Of a stretch of 64,000 nt of DNA, positions 39,899 through 51,008 are shown in pieces (the first letter of the stretch is position 1; each line of letters opens with the position of its first letter). Made by a program: the position numbers and the translations under genes. The stretch is from NCBI GenBank assembly GCA_963801355.1, contig CAWDEM010000008.1, positions 96,001 through 160,000 of the forward strand, given 5' to 3'. The notes below the pieces were generated by a model. That model searched no databases and was not told where the DNA came from. It was given only the letters and a program-made list of their open reading frames with translations. This DNA comes from Ignavibacteriota bacterium. Its GTDB lineage: Bacteria; Bacteroidota; Ignavibacteria; UBA10030; UBA6906.

Positions 39899-40782
39899 AG
39901 GTCACTGTCGATCGGAATTCGGGTTTTTGCTGGGGTGTTGTCCGTACAATTGATATCGCCGAAGAGCAGATGCAGGAGGACCGGGAGCTGTACTCGCTCG
40001 GCCCCGTGATCCACAATCCGGTGGAGATCGAGCGTCTGCGGAAGAAGGGGTTGACACCGGTAGCCCACGACGAGCTGCCGCGGCTGTCCGGCAAGCGGGT
40101 GCTCATCCGTGCACACGGTGAACCGCCCGAGACCTATGCGCGGGCCAGGGAGCTGGGGATCGACCTGATTGATGCGACCTGCCCGGTGGTCACCAAGGTG
40201 CAGGAGCGGATACGGAAGTTCTTCGACGGCGGATATCAGATCGTGATCTTCGGCAAGAAAGATCATGCCGAAGTGATCGGGCTGGTCGGCCAGACCAACG
40301 GGCAGGCGGTGGTCATCAAATCCGTTGCGGAAGTCGACAAGGTGGATCCGAAGCGGAAGACGGTCTTGTTTTCGCAGACCACGATGGACAAGCCGACGTT
40401 TTACGAGATCGCTCGTGTTCTTCGCGAGAAGATTGCCGATGTGGTGGTCGGGACATTTGAGGAGTCAGCGTTAGATTTTCATGCGAAGGACACGATCTGC
40501 GGACAGGTCGCAGGGCGCGACCGGAAGCTCCGGGAATTTGCGGCCTCCAATGATGTGATAATTTTTGTCGCCGGCAGGAATTCCTCGAACGGCAAAGTGC
40601 TGTACGACATCTGCCATGAGGCGAACCCGAGGTCGTATTTCATCGAACAGGAAGACGAATTGCGATGGGAGTGGTTGAGCGGTGCGGCAACGGTCGGCAT
40701 CAGCGGCGCCACATCCACACCCCAATGGCTGATGGAACGCGTTCAGCATTTCATAGAAAACAGTACAGAACGTCATCACTAA
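39895..40782 (+). CDS. ispH: 4-hydroxy-3-methylbut-2-enyl diphosphate reductase
   Basis: GFCWGV, DATCP, TIC (three Fe-S Cys), SSN, GATSTP. Confidence 0.95.
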   Translation: MKVTVDRNSGFCWGVVRTIDIAEEQMQEDRELYSLGPVIHNPVEIERLRKKGLTPVAHDELPRLSGKRVLIRAHGEPPETYARARELGIDLIDATCPVVTKVQERIRKFFDGGYQIVIFGKKDHAEVIGLVGQTNGQAVVIKSVAEVDKVDPKRKTVLFSQTTMDKPTFYEIARVLREKIADVVVGTFEESALDFHAKDTICGQVAGRDRKLREFAASNDVIIFVAGRNSSNGKVLYDICHEANPRSYFIEQEDELRWEWLSGAATVGISGATSTPQWLMERVQHFIENSTERHH

Positions 40783-40917
40783 CTCACAATACCCCATCAA
40801 TAAATACGTACATCCACTGGATGGCATGACCACACCGCCCGATGACGCCGGTACGTGGAGCACCCGGTGGAATGTCCCGCACTGTGCGGGATGGTATGTT
40901 GAACAACAGGAGGATGA

Positions 40918-42663
40918 ATGGCTGACGTAAAAGGCACGACACGGTCATCTCGGTTCGACCCTGACTACAGCGAGGCCGATTACAGCGAGATGTTGAAATT
41001 GTACGAGGGGACCCTCGGCACAATCAGCGAAGGCGAGATCGTCAGGGGACGCATCGTCGCCATCGGCGACAGCGAAGTGTCCGTCGATATTGGATTCAAG
41101 TCCGAAGGCGTCGTTCCGCTCGCCGAGTTCACGAAACAGGAAGAGCTGAAGGTTGGAGAAGAAATTGAAGTCTTCCTGGAAAGCGTGGAAAACAAGGATG
41201 GCCAGCTGGTGCTGTCACGCAAGCGCGCTGACTTCATGCGGGTGTGGGAGCGGGTCACCAAGGCGTTCACGACAGGAGAGGTGCTGCAGGGCCGTTGCGT
41301 CCGCCGCATCAAAGGTGGCATCGTCGTCGACCTCATGGGCATCGATGCCTTCCTTCCCGGTTCGCAAATCGATGTCCGTCCCGTGCGTGACTTTGATGTC
41401 TTCATCGGCAGGATCATGGATTTCCGCGTGGTGAAGATCAACCACCCATCCGAAAACGTCGTCGTCAGCCATAAGGTCCTTGTTGAAGAAGAAATGGCCG
41501 GCCAGCGCAAGGCCATCATCGAAAGCCTCGAAAAAGGACAGATCCTGGAAGGTTCAGTGAAAGCGATCACCGATTTCGGCGTCTTCGTGGACCTCGGTGG
41601 CGTCGACGGCCTCGTGCACATTACCGATCTCTCCTGGGGCCGCATCAATCATCCTTCGGAAATCGTCAAGCTGGACCAGACGATCAACGTCGTGGTGCTG
41701 GATTTTGACCAGGAAAAGAAACGCATTTCGCTGGGCTACAAACAACTCCAGCCGCATCCCTGGGAGAATATCCAGGCCAAGTATCCCGTGGGTACGAAGG
41801 TCACCGGCAAGGTGGTCTCCCTGGCGGACTACGGTGCATTCGTGGAGATCGAGAAAGGCATCGAAGGTCTGATCCATATTTCCGAAATGAGCTGGACCCA
41901 GCACATCAAGCACCCCTCGCAGGTCGTGTCGATGGGCCAGATGGTCGATGCCGTGATCCTCAGCCTCGACAAGGATGCCAAGAAACTGTCGCTGGGCATC
42001 AAGCAGCTCGAGCCGGATCCGTGGCTGACACTCATGCAGAAGTACCCGGTCGGCTCACGGCACAAAGGCATCGTGCGCAACCTGACCAACTTCGGCGTGT
42101 TCGTGGAGCTGGAGCAGGGTGTGGACGGCCTCGTGCACATTTCCGACCTGTCGTGGACGAAGAAGGTCCGTCACCCGGGCGAAATCGTGAAGAAGGGCGA
42201 TGAGATTGAAGTGGTGATTCTCGGAGTGGATGTCGACCAGCGCCGGATTTCTCTCGGCCACAAGCAGATCGATGACAATCCCTGGGAGAAGTTCGGAGAA
42301 AACTACAAGATCGGCACGGAGGTGGAAGGCAAGATCGTCCGCATCATCGAGAAGGGCGTGATCGTGGAGTTGCCTCTCGGTGTGGATGGCTTTGTCCCCA
42401 TCTCACAGCTGGCGATGGGACAGATCAAGAATATCGCGGACAAGTTCAAAATCGGCGACCCGCTGCCGTTGCGCGTCGTTGAGTTTGACAAGGACGCGAA
42501 AAAGATTGTTCTCTCGGCCGTGGAATTCCTGAAAGGGAAGGAAACACGCGTGGTGCAGGACTACATGGCCGCGCACAAGCTGCCGACCCACACGGTGGCC
42601 GATCTCGCGACGATAACGGGGCAGACCTCGGACGGGGATACCTCGATTCCGAAAGAGAACTAA
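40918..42663 (+). CDS. rpsA: 30S ribosomal protein S1
   Basis: Six S1 repeats ([18 protein letters not shown] etc.); AGGAGG RBS. Confidence 0.97.
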   Translation: MADVKGTTRSSRFDPDYSEADYSEMLKLYEGTLGTISEGEIVRGRIVAIGDSEVSVDIGFKSEGVVPLAEFTKQEELKVGEEIEVFLESVENKDGQLVLSRKRADFMRVWERVTKAFTTGEVLQGRCVRRIKGGIVVDLMGIDAFLPGSQIDVRPVRDFDVFIGRIMDFRVVKINHPSENVVVSHKVLVEEEMAGQRKAIIESLEKGQILEGSVKAITDFGVFVDLGGVDGLVHITDLSWGRINHPSEIVKLDQTINVVVLDFDQEKKRISLGYKQLQPHPWENIQAKYPVGTKVTGKVVSLADYGAFVEIEKGIEGLIHISEMSWTQHIKHPSQVVSMGQMVDAVILSLDKDAKKLSLGIKQLEPDPWLTLMQKYPVGSRHKGIVRNLTNFGVFVELEQGVDGLVHISDLSWTKKVRHPGEIVKKGDEIEVVILGVDVDQRRISLGHKQIDDNPWEKFGENYKIGTEVEGKIVRIIEKGVIVELPLGVDGFVPISQLAMGQIKNIADKFKIGDPLPLRVVEFDKDAKKIVLSAVEFLKGKETRVVQDYMAAHKLPTHTVADLATITGQTSDGDTSIPKEN

Positions 42664-42680
42664 GCACGCCGTATATTCCG

Positions 42681-42721
42681 AGGGGGTTGACTGCGGGTGA
42701 CCGCCGGTCGGCCCCCTTTTT
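42681..42721 (+). terminator. Rho-independent terminator after rpsA
   Basis: GGGGG..GCGG-GTGA-CCGC..CCCCC hairpin followed by a T-run. Confidence 0.75.
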
Positions 42722-42730
42722 GTATATCCT

Positions 42731-44035
42731 ATGGCCCGTATAGCACTCCATACTCTTGGTTGCAAGCTCAACTTCGCCGAGTCATCGTCCCTGGGCGGAC
42801 AGTTCATCGATCGGGGATTTGAACTCGTCGAGCTGGATGAGCCGGCGGATGTCGTGCTCCTCAACACGTGCAGCGTAACCGGGAGGGCCGACCGGGAATG
42901 CCGGCAGCTCATCCGCAGGGCTCTGCGGACGTCGCCGGGCGCTTTCGTCGTCGTGACCGGCTGCTACGCCCAGCTTGCCCCGGAGCAGGTGGCTTCCATT
43001 GACGGTGTCGATCTTGTTCTCGGCACCAAGGAAAAGTTCACGGTATTCGACTTTGCGGGTGATTTCCGGAAGAATGCGGCACCGAAAGTGTGCGTGTCTG
43101 AAGTCGGGACAGCCGACACGTTCGGTCCCGCAATGTCCACGCTTGCCGGCGACCGCACACGCGGTTACCTCAAAGTCCAGGACGGATGCGACTACCACTG
43201 TACGTTCTGCACAATCCCGCTGGCCCGCGGCGAGAGCCGGAGTCAGCCCATCGGCGAGAGCGTCCGCCAGGCCGGGCAGCTTGTCGAACGCGGATTCAAA
43301 GAAATTGTCCTCACGGGAGTCAACGTGGGTGACTACGGACGCAAACAGGGGGAGTCGCTGCTTCTCCTGCTGCGGGCTCTGGTGAGAGTGCCGGGGCTCC
43401 GCAGGATCCGCATTTCCTCCATCGAGCCCAATCTTCTCACGGAGGAACTGCTGGATACGATAGAGGAACACGAAATGCTGTGTAAGCATTTCCACATTCC
43501 CCTGCAAAGCGGATCAGACGCAGTGCTCCGCCGGATGCGGCGAAGATACAACCGGTCGCAGTATGCGGATCTCGTGCACCGCGTGCGCACGCGTTTTCCT
43601 GATAGCGGCATCGGCGCCGATGTGATCGTGGGATTTCCCGGAGAGAACGGGGAGGAATTCCGGGAAACGCACCAATTCCTTGCCGACCTGCCGTTGTCGT
43701 ATCTCCATGTCTTTACGTATTCCGAGCGGCCTCATACCCCTGCGGCGTTGCTCCCCGGCCCCGTGACGGCGCACGAGCGATCCTCAAGAAATGCCATGCT
43801 GCGCGAGCTCAGCGAGCGGAAGCGGACGGCATGGTGCAGGGAGATGGTGGGTAAAAGCGTCACGGTGTTGACAGAGAGCACGGTGGAAGACGGCCGGAGG
43901 CTCGGCTTTACTGGCTCGTTCCTGCGTGTCGGGGTGGACGAAAGTGCCGCGCCGGAAAATACTCTCGTGCAGGTCAGGATCGCCGGTGCACACGATGAAC
44001 GTTGCTACGGAACAGTCGAGGAGATTACGGGGTGA
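42731..44035 (+). CDS. mtaB: tRNA t6A37 methylthiotransferase MtaB
   Basis: TLGCKLNFAES, NTCSVT, GCYAQ, CDYHCTFC radical-SAM motif, VFTYSER. Confidence 0.92.
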   Translation: MARIALHTLGCKLNFAESSSLGGQFIDRGFELVELDEPADVVLLNTCSVTGRADRECRQLIRRALRTSPGAFVVVTGCYAQLAPEQVASIDGVDLVLGTKEKFTVFDFAGDFRKNAAPKVCVSEVGTADTFGPAMSTLAGDRTRGYLKVQDGCDYHCTFCTIPLARGESRSQPIGESVRQAGQLVERGFKEIVLTGVNVGDYGRKQGESLLLLLRALVRVPGLRRIRISSIEPNLLTEELLDTIEEHEMLCKHFHIPLQSGSDAVLRRMRRRYNRSQYADLVHRVRTRFPDSGIGADVIVGFPGENGEEFRETHQFLADLPLSYLHVFTYSERPHTPAALLPGPVTAHERSSRNAMLRELSERKRTAWCREMVGKSVTVLTESTVEDGRRLGFTGSFLRVGVDESAAPENTLVQVRIAGAHDERCYGTVEEITG

Positions 44036-45381
44036 AGATCACGGCTGTACAGAGCGGAAGCGTTGCCGGGGATGCAGGAGTCATTGCGGGAGATGAACTG
44101 CTGGCAATCAACCGTGAGCCCATGCGGGATATTCTGGACTACCGGTTCTATGAAGGAGATGAGAAGGTACTGCTGCGGGTCGCACGGGACGGCACAATCA
44201 TTGAGTTTGACATTGAAAAGGACGATCAGGAACCGCTGGGTCTCGAATTTGAAGAGATGAAGATCCTTTCCTGCGGAAACGACTGCATTTTCTGCTTTGT
44301 GGATCAGAATCCGAAGGGACTGAGGAAAGAGCTGTATTTCCGCGACGGCGACTACCGCCTGTCGTTCATGTACGGCAACTACACCACGATGACCAATGCA
44401 GGGCCTGCGATCCTCCGGCGTATCATCCACCAGCGTCTTTCCCCGCAATATATATCCGTCCATGCGACCGACCACGAGGTCCGGAAACGGCTCATGGGGA
44501 TCACCAAGGACGATCGGATCCTCGAGAAAATCGGTCTCCTGCATGATCACGGCATCGAGATGCACACGCAGATTGTGCTCTGCCCGGGTATCAATGACGG
44601 CGCGATTCTTGAACGGACTGTGCGGGATCTCTACCGCTTCAGAAAGCACATCACTTCGCTTGCGGTCGTACCGGTGGGGTTAACGAACCACAGGGCCGAC
44701 CTGCCTGCACTCCGGCGTGTGGACAAACCGTATGCACAGTCTCTTCTGGCCACTGTCGGCGAATGGCAGCACGAATTCCGCGCGGAGATCGGACGGGCAT
44801 TTGTGTATCCTTCGGACGAGTTCTTCATCACCGCCGGGAGAGCCATCCCGCCTCCGTCGTACTACGACGGTTTTCCCCAGATTGAAAACGGCGTGGGAAT
44901 GGTGAGGACCTTTGTGACGCAGTTCCGGCGGTCCGCCCCGTATTTCCCCGCTCGCCTTCCTCAGCGCAAGCGGCTGGTGATGGTGACGGGGAAACTCGCA
45001 AGCGGCATGATGCGCTCGGAGGTCTTGCCCCGGCTGGCAATGGTCCGCAATCTCTCCGCCGAGCTCTCCGTTGCGGCAAATACGTTATTTGGACCCGACG
45101 TCACTGTTTCTGGACTTCTTTCGGGGAAATGTCTATATTCTGCTTTGAAAGGGAGGTATTCGGACGCTGACCTTGTCCTCCTCCCGCCGGATATCATAAA
45201 CACAACCGGCCTCTTTCTTGATGATATGACACGGGAGCATCTGGAAGAGCGACTGCAGGTGCCGGTGATGATATTCTCCGGCCGCTGGGCCGACGTATTT
45301 CGCAGGCTGCATACCACTGAAAGGAGGCGTCACACCGCGCCGTTGGTACGATCTGCACGCAAAAAAGGAGCTTCACGATGA
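44032..45381 (+). CDS. PDZ + radical-SAM-like DUF512 Fe-S protein
   Basis: N-terminal PDZ-like segment; CGNDCIFCFVDQ, DYRLSF, VVPVGLT, QIENGVG. Confidence 0.85.
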   Translation: MKITAVQSGSVAGDAGVIAGDELLAINREPMRDILDYRFYEGDEKVLLRVARDGTIIEFDIEKDDQEPLGLEFEEMKILSCGNDCIFCFVDQNPKGLRKELYFRDGDYRLSFMYGNYTTMTNAGPAILRRIIHQRLSPQYISVHATDHEVRKRLMGITKDDRILEKIGLLHDHGIEMHTQIVLCPGINDGAILERTVRDLYRFRKHITSLAVVPVGLTNHRADLPALRRVDKPYAQSLLATVGEWQHEFRAEIGRAFVYPSDEFFITAGRAIPPPSYYDGFPQIENGVGMVRTFVTQFRRSAPYFPARLPQRKRLVMVTGKLASGMMRSEVLPRLAMVRNLSAELSVAANTLFGPDVTVSGLLSGKCLYSALKGRYSDADLVLLPPDIINTTGLFLDDMTREHLEERLQVPVMIFSGRWADVFRRLHTTERRRHTAPLVRSARKKGASR

Positions 45382-46139
45382 AGGTACGACTGCGGTGTGC
45401 TGCGGTGCTTCTGTGCGGTATGGCAGGGTTGTCCACGACGGGCCTGGCTCAGTCCACCCGCCTCTCTCACGATGAAGTCGCACGCGATTTGTTGTCCGCC
45501 CTCCCGGAGTCTTCCCCGGCCCCGCAGGCTGTGGATGATCAGGTCCATTCCCGCAAATCTGCGGGCCTCGCCGCTCTCTACTCCCTGGTTATTCCCGGCA
45601 TGGGCGAGTTGTATGCGGAAGGATTCAGCTCCGGGAAGTACTTCTTGATTGCTGAAGGAGGGCTCTGGCTCACCTATGCAGCTTTCGAGATCCACGGGAA
45701 TGACTTGCGCGACGGGGCGCGCACATTTGCCGCGGCGCGTGCCGGGGTTGCGATCGGGGGGAAAGACGAGCAGTTTTTCGTGGATGTCGGCAATTTCATC
45801 ACCATGGATGAATACAACGAGAAACGTCTTCGCGACCGGCAGCCGGAGAGGCTCTACAGTGCGGCTTCCGGTGAGTACTGGCGGTGGGATACTGAGAATT
45901 CGCGGCTGACGTACCGGGAGCAGCGTGTATCGAGCGAACAGATGTACAATAACCGGAAGTTTGTTGCCGCCGCAATTGTCATCAATCATGTCGTGAGTGC
46001 CATCAACGCGGCGCGGGCGGCTATTTCGTACAATTCTTCGCTTGAAAGTTCCCTCGGTAGCCTGGAATTCTCCAGCCGTGTACTCGGGGGGGCCGGGCGT
46101 GAACACGGCGTGCTGGTGACCGTGTCGAAAACATTCTGA
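45378..46139 (+). CDS. Exported/outer-membrane hypothetical protein
   Basis: Signal peptide; KSAGLAALYSLVIPGMGELY motif; C-terminal Phe. Confidence 0.7.
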   Translation: MKVRLRCAAVLLCGMAGLSTTGLAQSTRLSHDEVARDLLSALPESSPAPQAVDDQVHSRKSAGLAALYSLVIPGMGELYAEGFSSGKYFLIAEGGLWLTYAAFEIHGNDLRDGARTFAAARAGVAIGGKDEQFFVDVGNFITMDEYNEKRLRDRQPERLYSAASGEYWRWDTENSRLTYREQRVSSEQMYNNRKFVAAAIVINHVVSAINAARAAISYNSSLESSLGSLEFSSRVLGGAGREHGVLVTVSKTF

Positions 46140-46867
46140 TGCGGTGTCTGAAGCTCACAGTTGAATATGACGGCACGGACTTCGTGGGCTGGCAAAGTCA
46201 GCTGAACGGCCGTGCGGTACAGGATGAGATCATCCGCGTACTGCACCTGGTGCTCGGTGAGCAGGTGACGCTGATAGGCGCGGGACGTACGGATTCCGGC
46301 GTGCATGCGCGTGGACAGGTGGCGGGGTTCCAGACGGAGAATCCCATCGCTCCGGCAAAGCTCTTTTCCGCTTTGAACGGGCAGCTTCCGGAAGACATCC
46401 GCGTTCACGCGGTGGACGAAGTGCCACTGACGTTCCATGCCAGGTTCGACGCAAAGCAGCGCAGGTACTCGTATCGCATCAGCCTCAGACCCACGGCACT
46501 GGACCGCCGGGCGAGCTGGTTTGTGAAATATCCGCTCGATGTTACGTTGATGAGCTCTGCGGCAGGGCAGTTGCGTGGCACACACGACTTCAGCGCATTC
46601 TGTAAGCACGAAGCGGAAGTTGAGAACCGGGTCTGTTCCGTTGTTATGTCGGAATGGGTTGTCGTCGACGGTCGGCTGATTTATCATGTTGCTGCGGACC
46701 GGTTCGTTCACGGGATGGTCCGGGCGATGGTGGGGACGATGGTGGACATCGGCAGGGGACACACGCCTCTGGAATCCCTTTCCGCAATCTTTGCAGTGCA
46801 AGCTCGCTCGGCGGCCGGCGGGACTGCTCCCGCCAGGGGGCTCTGCCTGGAGGAAGTGCTGTACTGA
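46139..46867 (+). CDS. truA: tRNA pseudouridine(38-40) synthase
   Basis: YDGTDFVGWQ, AGRTDSGVHA, FHARF, GTHDFSAF. Confidence 0.96.
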   Translation: MRCLKLTVEYDGTDFVGWQSQLNGRAVQDEIIRVLHLVLGEQVTLIGAGRTDSGVHARGQVAGFQTENPIAPAKLFSALNGQLPEDIRVHAVDEVPLTFHARFDAKQRRYSYRISLRPTALDRRASWFVKYPLDVTLMSSAAGQLRGTHDFSAFCKHEAEVENRVCSVVMSEWVVVDGRLIYHVAADRFVHGMVRAMVGTMVDIGRGHTPLESLSAIFAVQARSAAGGTAPARGLCLEEVLY

Positions 46868-46888
46868 ATCAAGAATCAAAGAAGAATC

Positions 46889-46916
46889 AAAGCCTGACTT
46901 TAAAGCCAGGCTTTTT
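46889..46916 (+). terminator. Putative terminator after truA
   Basis: AAAGCCTG..CAGGCTTT inverted repeat with T-run. Confidence 0.6.
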
Positions 46917-47033
46917 CCCCAGGCTTCAGCGTAAATCAGGGTCCTTCCGTAATCTATTTTTCACCCCGCAAAAACCTTCCATTCGCTGTAGTAACCTGTA
47001 CAGAAACAGTTCTCCCTGTTACAGGGCAAAACC

Positions 47034-48569
47034 ATGGTCTCAAAGGTCCTCAGCTGCGCCACGCACGGCGTCAACGCCTTTCTTGTAGACGTGGAGACCA
47101 ACCTGGAGCGGCAGATTCCGGGTTTTTCCATAGTCGGCTTGCCCGACAACGCTGTCAAGGAGAGCCGGGAGCGCATCCTTGCCGCAATCCGGAATTGCGG
47201 GTTTGAATTTCCCCTGCGTAAGATCACTGTCAATCTCGCCCCCGCTGACATCCGGAAAGAAGGGTCCTCATTTGACCTCCCGATGGCGCTGGGTATACTC
47301 GCGGCAACAGGCCAGGTGCTCCCGGCTGTGCTCCCGGACTTTGTGATGGTGGGAGAACTTGCCCTCGATGGGACACTCCGGCCTATTCGCGGCACGCTCC
47401 CGATGGCCATGGAGATCCGGAGGCTCGGGATAAAAGGGATGCTTGTGCCGCGGGAAAACGGAAAGGAAGCGGCAATGGTGTCCGGAATTTCCGTCTATCC
47501 GGTGTCCTCGCTCAAAGAATCAGTGGAGTTCCTCAATGCCGATCACGCCAGACTGGCTCCGCTGGCGGTCGATGTCGCAAGCATCTTCGCGCAAGATCAG
47601 AAGTACTATGCGGATTTTGCCGACGTGAAGGGACAGGAGAATGTTAAGCGAGCACTTGAAGTGGCAGCCGCAGGTGCCCATAATATAATAATGATAGGTC
47701 CTCCCGGTTCAGGTAAAACCATGCTGGCAAAAAGGCTCCCTAGCATACTTCCACCTCTCACGTTCGAGGAGGCTCTCGAAACGACCAAGATACACTCCGT
47801 AGCCGGACTTCTCCCTCCGGATACAGCACTTGTGGCGACGCGGCCGTTTAGATCACCCCATCATACGATATCTGACTCAGCACTCGTTGGAGGCGGTGCC
47901 GTTCCACGCCCCGGGGAAATCTCGCTTTCCCATCACGGCGTGCTCTTCCTGGATGAGCTCCCGGAGTTCGCCCGGAACGTGCTCGAGGTGCTCCGGCAGC
48001 CGCTGGAGGACGGAGCAGTCACGATCAGCCGCTCCCGGCTGTCGGTAACGTACCCCGCAAACTTCATGCTGGTGTGCGCAATGAATCCGTGCCCTTGCGG
48101 CCACTATACCGATCCCAACAAGGATTGTACATGTGGCACCGCGCTGATTCAGAAGTACATGGCCAGGATTTCCGGTCCCCTCATGGACCGGATAGACCTG
48201 CATATCGAAGTTCCGGCCGTCAAGTACCGGGAACTGGCGGGCAACGAGAGCGGCGAGCGCTCTTCCAGCATCCGCGACCGGGTTGCACACGCCAGGGCAG
48301 CCCAGGCATTGAGATTCGCCAACCGGAAAGGGCTCTACACAAATGCCGATATGCTGTCGCGTGACATCAGAGAGTTCTGCACAATCGACGGACCCGGCAA
48401 GGAACTTCTCGGCATGGCTATTACGAAGCTCGGGCTATCGGCCCGGGCGTACGACCGCATCCTGAAAGTGGCCCGAACCATCGCTGACCTGGCAGCACTG
48501 CCTTCTATCCGACCCGAGCACCTGGGTGAAGCGATTCAGTACCGGTCGCTGGACAGGGAACTCCTGTGA
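47034..48569 (+). CDS. comM: YifB/ComM Mg-chelatase-like AAA ATPase
   Basis: [47 protein letters not shown]. Confidence 0.93.
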   Translation: MVSKVLSCATHGVNAFLVDVETNLERQIPGFSIVGLPDNAVKESRERILAAIRNCGFEFPLRKITVNLAPADIRKEGSSFDLPMALGILAATGQVLPAVLPDFVMVGELALDGTLRPIRGTLPMAMEIRRLGIKGMLVPRENGKEAAMVSGISVYPVSSLKESVEFLNADHARLAPLAVDVASIFAQDQKYYADFADVKGQENVKRALEVAAAGAHNIIMIGPPGSGKTMLAKRLPSILPPLTFEEALETTKIHSVAGLLPPDTALVATRPFRSPHHTISDSALVGGGAVPRPGEISLSHHGVLFLDELPEFARNVLEVLRQPLEDGAVTISRSRLSVTYPANFMLVCAMNPCPCGHYTDPNKDCTCGTALIQKYMARISGPLMDRIDLHIEVPAVKYRELAGNESGERSSSIRDRVAHARAAQALRFANRKGLYTNADMLSRDIREFCTIDGPGKELLGMAITKLGLSARAYDRILKVARTIADLAALPSIRPEHLGEAIQYRSLDRELL

Positions 48570-48661
48570 ATTATCACCTGGTCAACTCCCGCAACCCGCA
48601 CTTTGTGCCTATCCCTGTTCTTCTGTGACCCGGGCCTCTTGTGGCCCGTGCTTTCGTTCGG

Positions 48662-48690
48662 TTGCCTCACTCCCCGTATTTTCATACCTT
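48662..48690 (+). promoter_or_regulatory. Putative promoter for the IDH gene
   Basis: TTGCCT-17nt-TACCTT. Confidence 0.4.
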
Positions 48691-48717
48691 TAACGCCACA
48701 CTTTCCTCGAGGAGTTC

Positions 48718-49737
48718 ATGCACAAGGTTACGCTGATCCCCGGCGACGGCATCGGGCCCAGTATCACGGAAGCGGCAGTCCGCGTCATTCAGGCAGCGGG
48801 TGTCAGCATCGATTGGGAAAAGGTCGAAGCCGGACTCCCCGCAATAGACAAGTACAAGGATCCTCTTCCACAGGAGGTGCTCGACTCAATCGGGAGGAAC
48901 CGGGTGGCGCTGAAGGGGCCATTGACGACTCCGGTGGGATCCGGGTTCCGCAGCGTGAATGTTGCGCTCCGGAAAGAGTTCGATCTCTATGCCAACGTCC
49001 GGCCCGCCCGGTCGTTTGAAGGCGTTCCTTGCCGTTTCGGGACGGTAGATATTGTGATCGTCCGTGAGAACACCGAGGAATTCTATGCGGGCATCGAGCA
49101 CTATATCGACCCCCAGCACAGTGCGGCCGAGACCATCGGTGTTGTGACCCGCGCGGGGTCGGAGCGGATCGTGAAATATGCGTATGAATATGCCCGGAGT
49201 CATAACCGGAAGAAGGTCACTACAGTCCACAAGGCCAACATTCTCAAGTACACCGGCGGGCTCTTCCTGGATGTGTCGCGTCATGTCGGCGCGGAATATC
49301 CGGATATCGTAACCGATGACCGGATCATCGACAACGCGGCGATGCAAATGGTAATGAAGCCGCAGCAGTTCGACATCATCGTTACGACGAATCTCTTCGG
49401 TGACATCCTCTCCGATCTTGCATCGGGCCTCGTGGGGGGTCTGGGTCTTGCTCCCGGCGCAAACATCGGGTACTCGGCTGCCATATTCGAGGCGGTCCAT
49501 GGAAGTGCTCCCGACATCGCAGGGAAGGACATCGCCAATCCGTCCGCTGTCATACTGGCCGGCGTGATGATGCTGAGGCATCTCGCAGAGTATGGGGCAG
49601 CCGACCGCATTGAGCGTTCTGTCCGTGAAGTGATCAAAGAGGGGAAGAAGGTAACGCGGGACCTGAACCCCGAATCGGGTGTAGGGACAATCGAGATGAC
49701 TCAGGCTATTGTGGATCACGTTCAGAAATCGTTGTAG
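48718..49737 (+). CDS. Isocitrate/isopropylmalate dehydrogenase family (probable NAD-dependent IDH)
   Basis: IPGDGIGP, KGPLTTP..SVNVALR, VHKANI, NLFGDILSD, EAVHGSAPDIAG. Confidence 0.9.
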   Translation: MHKVTLIPGDGIGPSITEAAVRVIQAAGVSIDWEKVEAGLPAIDKYKDPLPQEVLDSIGRNRVALKGPLTTPVGSGFRSVNVALRKEFDLYANVRPARSFEGVPCRFGTVDIVIVRENTEEFYAGIEHYIDPQHSAAETIGVVTRAGSERIVKYAYEYARSHNRKKVTTVHKANILKYTGGLFLDVSRHVGAEYPDIVTDDRIIDNAAMQMVMKPQQFDIIVTTNLFGDILSDLASGLVGGLGLAPGANIGYSAAIFEAVHGSAPDIAGKDIANPSAVILAGVMMLRHLAEYGAADRIERSVREVIKEGKKVTRDLNPESGVGTIEMTQAIVDHVQKSL

Positions 49738-49779
49738 TCGACGATGCAACGATTGTTTCAAGAGCAGGAGTTACATCGT

Positions 49780-49914
49780 GATGATGATTAGTGAATCACG
49801 AGGATGGCGAGTCATGAAGATTGGTGATTCATGAAGATTGGCGAGTTATGAGGATTGGCGAGTCATGAGGATTGACGAGTCATGAGGATTGGCGAGTCAT
49901 GAAGATTGGTGAGC
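49780..49914 (+). repeat. Tandem array of about 8 x 17-bp units (consensus CATGARGATTGGCGAGT) ending in the dusB start
   Basis: Units start at 49780, 49797 (16 bp), 49813, 49830, 49847, 49864, 49881, 49898. Confidence 0.92.
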
Positions 49915-50891
49915 TGACATTTGAGGAGGGGATATTCCTTGCGCCGATGGAGGATGTCACCGATCTCCCATTCCGTCTGATCTGCAAACGGATGGGTGCG
50001 GATCTCATGTACACGGAATTTGTCAACTCCGACGGGCTCGTGCGCGGAAACGTGAAGACGCAGAAGAAAATGCGGTTTCTCCCCGAGGAACGACCGATCG
50101 GCATACAGATTTATGGCGGCGACGTGGCGGCGATGGAGGGGGCGGCACAGATGGCGGAGAGTTGTGTCCCGGATCTGATTGACATCAACTGCGGCTGCTG
50201 GGTCAGGGATGTGGCGATGCGCGGTGCGGGTGCGGGCCTTCTGCGGGATCTTCCGCGCATGGAACAGATCGCGTCCACCGTCGTCCGCGCGGTGAAGACT
50301 CCCGTTACACTGAAGACCCGGCTCGGTTGGGACGCCGCCAGCATCCGCATTGTCGATGTCGCGCGAATGTGCGAGCAGGTGGGAATTCAGGCCCTGACCG
50401 TCCATTGCCGGACGCGTGAACAGGGTCACCGGGGTGCAGTGGACTACAGCTGGATCCCGCGCATCAAACAAGCGGTGTCGATTCCCATCATTGTCAACGG
50501 CGACATCGTGACACCCGAAGGAGTCCGGAGTGCCTTTGCCAGCACGGGTTGCGATGCGGTGATGATCGGCCGCGGCGCTATCTCCAACCCGTGGATTTTC
50601 CGCCAGGCAAAGCACTATCTGGCCACCGGCCAGCGTCTCCCCGATCCCACGGTTGGAGAGCGCGTTGCGTTGCTCAAAGAGCACCTCGCGCTTGCGGTGG
50701 AGCACAAGGGGGAGCGCACCGGCGTCATCGAGTTGCGGAAGCATTATGCCGGGTTCCTCCGCGGGATGCCCAATGTGGCAAAGGTGCGAAACGAACTGAT
50801 GCAGTTTACCGAACCCGGCCCGATTATCGAGCATCTTTCCCGATTCCTGGAACTCTACTCTCCCGTTGCACCCGCCGACAAACCCGCCTGA
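49899..50891 (+). CDS. dusB: tRNA-dihydrouridine synthase DusB
   Basis: LAPMEDVTD, YTEFV, IDINCGC, KTRLGW, HCRT, NGDI, MIGRGA. Confidence 0.93.
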   Translation: MKIGELTFEEGIFLAPMEDVTDLPFRLICKRMGADLMYTEFVNSDGLVRGNVKTQKKMRFLPEERPIGIQIYGGDVAAMEGAAQMAESCVPDLIDINCGCWVRDVAMRGAGAGLLRDLPRMEQIASTVVRAVKTPVTLKTRLGWDAASIRIVDVARMCEQVGIQALTVHCRTREQGHRGAVDYSWIPRIKQAVSIPIIVNGDIVTPEGVRSAFASTGCDAVMIGRGAISNPWIFRQAKHYLATGQRLPDPTVGERVALLKEHLALAVEHKGERTGVIELRKHYAGFLRGMPNVAKVRNELMQFTEPGPIIEHLSRFLELYSPVAPADKPA

Positions 50892-51008
50892 CGTGTTGTT
50901 TCTGAATCCCGCTTTTCGTAGAATAGTATAATTGGATATGCAGGCCCCCGGGAGATCCCGGACTCCGCTCTCTGCTCTCTCCAAATCAAATTCCACCTGG
51001 AGGTTTTC

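Noticed and set aside
46866-46890. Short GAATCAA repeats after truA
   Set aside because: Three short imperfect copies next to a terminator; too little information
49780-49914. Repeat array as a possible CRISPR
   Set aside because: Units are contiguous 17-mers with no unique spacers, and no cas genes are in the window
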